Positions 58,568-64,000 of a DNA stretch of 64,000 bases are shown piece after piece. The notes under the pieces are model-generated. The model saw only the letters and a program-made list of their open reading frames with translations. It was not told the DNA's origin and did no database searches. Each line of letters begins with the position of its first letter. The first letter of the stretch is position 1. Location of the stretch: positions 1,256 through 65,255 of the forward strand of contig CAZTJY010000001.1 of assembly GCA_964613725.1 (NCBI GenBank), in the 5' to 3' direction. A program made the translations under genes and the position numbers. The stretch comes from an uncultured Parapedobacter sp. Lineage in GTDB: Bacteria > Bacteroidota > Bacteroidia > Sphingobacteriales > Sphingobacteriaceae.

Positions 58568-60580
58568 ATGAAAATAGCGATGATTATCGCATTCCAGGTG
58601 CTTCTGCACCTTACCGTTTCAGCGCAAGCCGACCTGCTGTTAAATCGCTACCATGACTTTCTGTTGCGGACAGCCAAAACACCACCCATAGAGACAGCCG
58701 ATTGGGCCCACACATTGCTTCCAACCGGACGATGGCCAGACATCGATTATAACAATGCCGATCTATCAAAATGGAAAGCGCCGCAACACTTGCAACGGTT
58801 GGTCAATATGGCGTTATTGTGGACCGATTCGACTTCTGCGCAATTCCATGATGAGAAACTGTGGACCGCCATCAATAGTGCGCTCGATCACTGGCTGGTC
58901 CATAGGTACCAAAGTGCTAACTGGTGGTTCAATGAAATTGGGATACCCCAATACATGCGCGATATCATCATCTTACTCCGCCAGGACCTCACGCCCGACC
59001 GACTCGAACAGTCGCTTGAGGTGATGGCGCAATTGCGGGTTCACGACGATTATCTCGCCGGCAACCTCGTATGGTGTGCAGACTTGGGACTCCATTACGG
59101 TGCGTTAACCGGTGATGAACAACTGATGAGGCACTGCCGTAACTTGATTGTTAATGAAATTAATATCACCGATAGTGAGGGAATATGGCCAGACTATAGT
59201 TTTCAACAGCACGGCCGGCGATTGCAAATGTACCAATATGGGAAAGCATTCCTTTGGGAAAGCGTCCGTATTGCATGGCAATGCCGCGATACGCCCTTAG
59301 CATTCCCCAAAGTGAAAATAGATATCTTAACGGACTTCATCGTCGAGGGCTGGCAATGGATGGCTAGAGGTATACATACGGTTCCCGGCACCATGGACCG
59401 GTCAGCTTCCCGCATGGGCGAGTTGCGCAGTGTCGACCTCCGCCCACTCATTCCTTTCGCTATGGAGTTAGCGCCTGACCGGGCCACTGCATTTATGCAA
59501 CTGGAGTCGATACAAGACGGCCATGGCGCACTCAAGGGTTACCGGCATTACCCCTACGCCGATTTCACAGCATTCCATCGGCCAGGGTTCAGCTTTTTCC
59601 TCAAAACCATATCCGATCGTACACTTCCTACGGAATCTATAAACAAAGAAAACTTGCTAGGCAAACTCCTGCACAGTGGCGATGCCTACCTCATCCGAAA
59701 CGGCGAAGAGTACTTTGACCTCCTTCCCCTTTGGGACTGGACGGCGTTACCGGGTGTGACCGCGTTTCGGGATGCGCATGCGGTCTCGCGTAAACCGTTC
59801 GTTGGCAGTGTGGATGATGGCACCTCCGGCTTTTCAGCAATGGATTATATGCTTCAAGATGAGAGTGGCACGCAAACGCTTGCCGCCCGCAAAATATGGG
59901 CATGTCATGACGATTTGATCGTTTGCCTAATCTCGGGCCTCACTGGCGAAAATATCGAAGGAGAAGTTTATACCGCACTGGACCAATGCCGTTGGCAGGA
60001 TGACGTTACGGTAAACCGACCAGGGAACATCGTGAAAGCGGGCATCCACTCCCTCCACCACGTCAACTGGATACACCATGCCGGTTTTGCTTACATTCCA
60101 TTATATCCGTCAGATTTCCAATTAAAGCTGCTCGAAGTCGCCGGCAAATGGACCACCATCAATAACGGGGGGAGTGAGGACGAATTGAATGACCGCATCT
60201 TCCTACCTATTATGCACCATAGCAAGCCGGATCGCTCGGTAGCAGGTTATGTGCTGGCGTTGGCCGAAACCCCCAAGCGGGCTGCACGACTAGCAAAAAA
60301 GTCCCGGTGGAAAATACTTAAAAACACAGCAGATTGCCAAGCTGTCCAATTTGCCGATAAAACGGTCATGGCTGCGTTCTATCGCTCAGGAAAACTTGAA
60401 ATCGGGAAACGGGGATATATTGAAGTAAACCAACCGTGCTTGGTGATGATGCATGGCAACGAACTGAATATCAGCGACCCGTCGCACAAAGGAATGCAAG
60501 TTGAAATCAACATCAACGGGTCGAAAACTACCATAGCTATGCCAGCGGATGGTATGGCAACCCGTTACGCTATAAAATGA
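58568..60580 (+). CDS. Polysaccharide lyase family 8 (chondroitin AC/hyaluronate/xanthan lyase family)
   Basis: NWWFNEIGIP, catalytic His/Tyr segment DYSFQQHG..LQMYQYG, ESINKEN and WDWTALPGVT. Confidence 0.9.
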   Translation: MKIAMIIAFQVLLHLTVSAQADLLLNRYHDFLLRTAKTPPIETADWAHTLLPTGRWPDIDYNNADLSKWKAPQHLQRLVNMALLWTDSTSAQFHDEKLWTAINSALDHWLVHRYQSANWWFNEIGIPQYMRDIIILLRQDLTPDRLEQSLEVMAQLRVHDDYLAGNLVWCADLGLHYGALTGDEQLMRHCRNLIVNEINITDSEGIWPDYSFQQHGRRLQMYQYGKAFLWESVRIAWQCRDTPLAFPKVKIDILTDFIVEGWQWMARGIHTVPGTMDRSASRMGELRSVDLRPLIPFAMELAPDRATAFMQLESIQDGHGALKGYRHYPYADFTAFHRPGFSFFLKTISDRTLPTESINKENLLGKLLHSGDAYLIRNGEEYFDLLPLWDWTALPGVTAFRDAHAVSRKPFVGSVDDGTSGFSAMDYMLQDESGTQTLAARKIWACHDDLIVCLISGLTGENIEGEVYTALDQCRWQDDVTVNRPGNIVKAGIHSLHHVNWIHHAGFAYIPLYPSDFQLKLLEVAGKWTTINNGGSEDELNDRIFLPIMHHSKPDRSVAGYVLALAETPKRAARLAKKSRWKILKNTADCQAVQFADKTVMAAFYRSGKLEIGKRGYIEVNQPCLVMMHGNELNISDPSHKGMQVEININGSKTTIAMPADGMATRYAIK

Positions 60581-60688
60581 ACGGCGTGCAACTATCATAA
60601 AATTGTCTAGGCATTTCCAAAGAATAGCTATTTTATGAAATCGTGCAAAGACTAATTTTGGAAGATAGAAACATACGTGTATAAAACC

Positions 60689-62047
60689 ATGGCGACAGAC
60701 AGCTTCTCACAACGTGCGCAAGTAAACAACGGCTACATCCTTGGCATTTCATTCATCTCGGCCCTCGGTGGTTACCTTTTTGGTTTCGACTTTGCGGTAA
60801 TCTCCGGCGCGCTTCCATTCCTTCGCACCGCTTTTGATCTCAACGCATGGTGGGAAGGTTTCCTTACCGGGTCATTGGCATTGGGGTGCATTGTCGGCTG
60901 CTTGGCTGCGGGATCGCTCGCCGATAAGTACGGCCGGAGGCCGGGGTTGTTGCTGGCAGCGTTTATTTTTGCCGTATCATCGTTGGGGATGGCTTTCTCG
61001 GATAGCTTGACCAGCTTTATCTGCATGCGGTTTGCCGCTGGTATTGGGGTAGGCATGGCATCCATCCTTAGTCCGCTTTACATCGCGGAAATATCACCAG
61101 CCTCGGTACGGGGACGTAATGTAGCGATAAACCAATTGACCATTGTTATTGGAATTTTGATAACCAACCTGGTGAATTACTACCTCGCTGACAGTGGCCC
61201 GGCTGCATGGCGATGGATGTTCGGTTTGGGCGCGGCACCTGCCCTATTGTTTTTAATCGGCGTACTGTGGCTCCCGGAAAGCCCACGATGGCTGGTAACG
61301 GTTGGTAAAATCAAGCAAGCCGAGGGAATTCTAAGTAAAATAGGGAATGCTACATTTGCGAAAAACACGATTAACGATGTCCGTACCTCGCTCGAAGGTA
61401 CCGCAAAACCTTCTTATCGAGCCGTATTCGCCAAGGCGGTACGTCCGGCGGTGGTCATCGGAATTACCTTGGCGGTCTTTCAACAACTGTGCGGAATCAA
61501 TGTGGTTTTTAATTATACCTCCACCATATTCAAATCCGTCGGCGCCAGCCTCGACCGGCAACTGCTCGAAACGGTAGCCATTGGTTTAGTCAACCTCATC
61601 TTTACGGTTGTCGCTATGTGGCAGGTAGATAAGCTAGGCCGCAAACCACTGATGTTGATTGGGTCACTTGGCCTATCAATCGCCTATGTTATTCTCGCGA
61701 TGTTGCTCAGCAATCAAGCCGCCGCCGGCTGGATCTCTGTATTTGTCTTGTTAGCCATTGCCCTCTACGCCACTTCGCTGGCACCGGTCACCTGGGTGGT
61801 CATCAGTGAGATTTTCCCCAACCGGATACGCGGGGTTGCCTCTTCCGTGGCGATTGTGTCGCTATGGGCCGCTTATTTCGTACTGGTCTTCACTTTCCCG
61901 ATATTGGCAGAAAAGCTAGGCACCTATGGACCGTTCTATCTCTACGCCGGCATTTGCCTTGCAGGATTTTTCTTCGTCAAGGTAAAGGTCCGGGAAACCA
62001 AAGGGCAGACATTGGAAGAGCTTGAACAACAGCTTACCAAACAATAG
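60689..62047 (+). CDS. Sugar porter family MFS transporter
   Basis: GGYLFGFDFAVISGA, DKYGRR, PESPRWL, QQLCGIN, SEIFPNRIRG and ETKGQTLEE. Confidence 0.95.
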   Translation: MATDSFSQRAQVNNGYILGISFISALGGYLFGFDFAVISGALPFLRTAFDLNAWWEGFLTGSLALGCIVGCLAAGSLADKYGRRPGLLLAAFIFAVSSLGMAFSDSLTSFICMRFAAGIGVGMASILSPLYIAEISPASVRGRNVAINQLTIVIGILITNLVNYYLADSGPAAWRWMFGLGAAPALLFLIGVLWLPESPRWLVTVGKIKQAEGILSKIGNATFAKNTINDVRTSLEGTAKPSYRAVFAKAVRPAVVIGITLAVFQQLCGINVVFNYTSTIFKSVGASLDRQLLETVAIGLVNLIFTVVAMWQVDKLGRKPLMLIGSLGLSIAYVILAMLLSNQAAAGWISVFVLLAIALYATSLAPVTWVVISEIFPNRIRGVASSVAIVSLWAAYFVLVFTFPILAEKLGTYGPFYLYAGICLAGFFFVKVKVRETKGQTLEELEQQLTKQ

Positions 62048-62089
62048 CCTATTGGATTGGACATAAGTAGTAACTCCATATAACAGAAC

Positions 62090-64000
62090 ATGTTTCGTGA
62101 TACGCAACGCCTCCTTTCCTTTTTATTGCTGGTGAGCATTCAGGCAACCGCACAAGAATATACTACGCGACCGACCATCCGGCTCGAAGGCCAATGGGTA
62201 TGCCGTATAGACACCGCCGGGGTTGGCGTTGACCAAAATTGGCAAGACAGTACATTCGGGGAAAAAGTGAACCTCCCAGGCACGCTTGAAAGCAACGGCA
62301 AGGGCCGATATGTAACCAAAGGTGTAACCAACCATCTCAGCCAAACCTATACATACATTGGTGCCGCTTGGTTTCAAAAAGAGATCGATATCCCCGCTTC
62401 TTGGTCGGGCAAGGAAATCACCCTATTCTTGGAACGCACAAAGGTTGCAGAGGTTTGGGTAGACCGAAATCGTATCGGAAAAAGCACGTTACTTTCTGCA
62501 CCCCACACCTATTCGATCGGCCAGCTTAAACCGGGAAAACACCGTTTGACAATCCGGGTAGACAACTCGCCGCACCTCGTGTCGGTAGGCGGCTCCCATG
62601 CCCTTAGTGAACATACCCAGACCAACTGGAATGGGATAATCGGTCGCATGCACCTCGAAGCCGCCGGTTCTTTACGGATAACATCCGTAAAGACCATGCC
62701 CGACGTGTCTGACAAATCAGTGCATGTAACGTTACAGCTGAACCTACCGGCCACGAACGATGGTCAAATTCATGTGGAATTGCAGGCGTCTTCGTATAAC
62801 TCGCTGACTCACCATTCTCCAGCACCCGTACGATACAATGAGACTGCAAGTAACCGTGATACGACATACGCATTTACATTGCCCTTGGGCGATGATGCGC
62901 TTCTTTGGAGCGAATACACACCTGCGTTGTACCGGCTGTCGATACGATTACGCGACGGTCAGAATAACGAGGATACGGCGGTAACATCGTTCGGGTTACG
63001 CGAATTTGGGGCAAGGGGCAATCACTTCACCATTAACGGAGTGACGACTTTCCTTCGTGGTAAAAATGATGTTTGCATTTTTCCTTTGACAGGCTATCCC
63101 CCTATGGAGACTTCCGAATGGCAAAGATTATATCGCATCGCCAAGCAATACGGCATAAACCACTACCGATTCCATTCGTACACACCACCTAAAGCCGCAT
63201 TTGACGCTGCCGATTTAGAAGGTGTATACCTCCAACCGGAGTTGCCTAACTGGGCCAATTTCACCCAACAAGACACCTTTCACACGGATTTCCAACGCCG
63301 GGAAGGGATAGCGATTCTAGATGCTTATGGGAACCACCCGTCTTTCGTGATGTTCTCACTCGGCAACGAAATGACGGGCGACACCGCCATTTTTACCCAG
63401 TTGGTGGATGACTTAAGGAGCCATGATAATCGGAGGCTCTACGCTTGGGGCACGAATGCTTTCTATACGGATCCCAGACCCGGGCCAACTGACGATTTCT
63501 GGGCGACGATGCGTACCGGTAAAGAATCACCATCACGTCAGTTTGACGTTCGGGGTTCGTTTGCCACTACCGAAGATGTGGGAAGTGGCATAATCAACGA
63601 CTCATTCCCTTCAACGCAACGTAATTTCTCATCTGCCCTAACCGGGGTCGGCCTACCCGTGGTGAGCCACGAAATCGGACAATACCAGATTTACCCCGAC
63701 TACACTGAAATACCCAAATATACCGGCGTATTGCGCCCGCTGAACTTCGTGGAGTTCCAAAAAAGACTAGAAGCCGGGGGAATGGGCGACCAAGCGCATG
63801 ATTTTTTTCGGGCTTCTGGTAAACTGGTCTCACTACTTTACCGCGAAGAAATAGAAATGGCCCTGCGGACACCGCAGTTGGCGGGGTTTCAGCTGCTCGA
63901 CCTCCAGGATTTCCCAGGTCAGGGCACTGCACTGGTCGGTATACTCAACGCCTTTATGGAAAATAAAGGTCTGATTACGCCAGAAGCATTCCGGCAATTC
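62090..64000 (+). CDS. Second glycoside hydrolase family 2 protein, 3'-truncated by window edge (absent from the ORF track)
   Basis: Manual translation: MFRDTQRLLSFLLLVSIQATAQ...IRLEGQW...LPGTLESNGKG...GNHPSFVMFSLGNE...FQLLDLQDFPGQGTALVG; paralogous to 53726-56509. Confidence 0.88.
   Translation, partial: MFRDTQRLLSFLLLVSIQATAQEYTTRPTIRLEGQWVCRIDTAGVGVDQNWQDSTFGEKVNLPGTLESNGKGRYVTKGVTNHLSQTYTYIGAAWFQKEIDIPASWSGKEITLFLERTKVAEVWVDRNRIGKSTLLSAPHTYSIGQLKPGKHRLTIRVDNSPHLVSVGGSHALSEHTQTNWNGIIGRMHLEAAGSLRITSVKTMPDVSDKSVHVTLQLNLPATNDGQIHVELQASSYNSLTHHSPAPVRYNETASNRDTTYAFTLPLGDDALLWSEYTPALYRLSIRLRDGQNNEDTAVTSFGLREFGARGNHFTINGVTTFLRGKNDVCIFPLTGYPPMETSEWQRLYRIAKQYGINHYRFHSYTPPKAAFDAADLEGVYLQPELPNWANFTQQDTFHTDFQRREGIAILDAYGNHPSFVMFSLGNEMTGDTAIFTQLVDDLRSHDNRRLYAWGTNAFYTDPRPGPTDDFWATMRTGKESPSRQFDVRGSFATTEDVGSGIINDSFPSTQRNFSSALTGVGLPVVSHEIGQYQIYPDYTEIPKYTGVLRPLNFVEFQKRLEAGGMGDQAHDFFRASGKLVSLLYREEIEMALRTPQLAGFQLLDLQDFPGQGTALVGILNAFMENKGLITPEAFRQF

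Noticed and set aside
62123-63932. Short minus-strand ORFs at the right end
   Set aside because: Shadows of the plus-strand GH2 starting at 62090, which the track omits because it has no stop in the window

Overview
Bacteroidota chromosomal window, most consistent with Sphingobacteriaceae (inferred from gene content and frequent TAnnTTTG promoter elements). It holds about 50 CDS; I saw no rRNA, tRNA, CRISPR array or intact mobile element. Core genes are nnr, uvrC, a PBP1A, sprE/porW, an M23 peptidase-bactofilin-atpZ trio, ispF, gldJ, panC/panD and two FKBPs. Four accessory envelope modules lie among them. (1) An ECF sigma with a putative dual-membrane-spanning beta-barrel anti-sigma, divergent from a COG4315 lipoprotein, monoheme cytochrome c, YceI and DUF5777 barrel operon; both directions carry the same GGCAACC-N16-CGTA motif. 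(2) An AraC plus XusABC-like iron-uptake locus. (3) A TonB-dependent receptor-thioredoxin operon preceded by a His-rich leader ORF ending in the RAPP ribosome-arrest motif, whose stop region is complementary to the receptor start region, with a DtxR/MntR-like dyad in the promoter. (4) A tandem-susCD polysaccharide utilization locus (GH30, two GH2, SGNH, GH88, PL8, MFS) that runs off the right edge. Modules 3 and 1 are the best candidates for undescribed systems. Family calls come from motif recognition only; no database searches were run.
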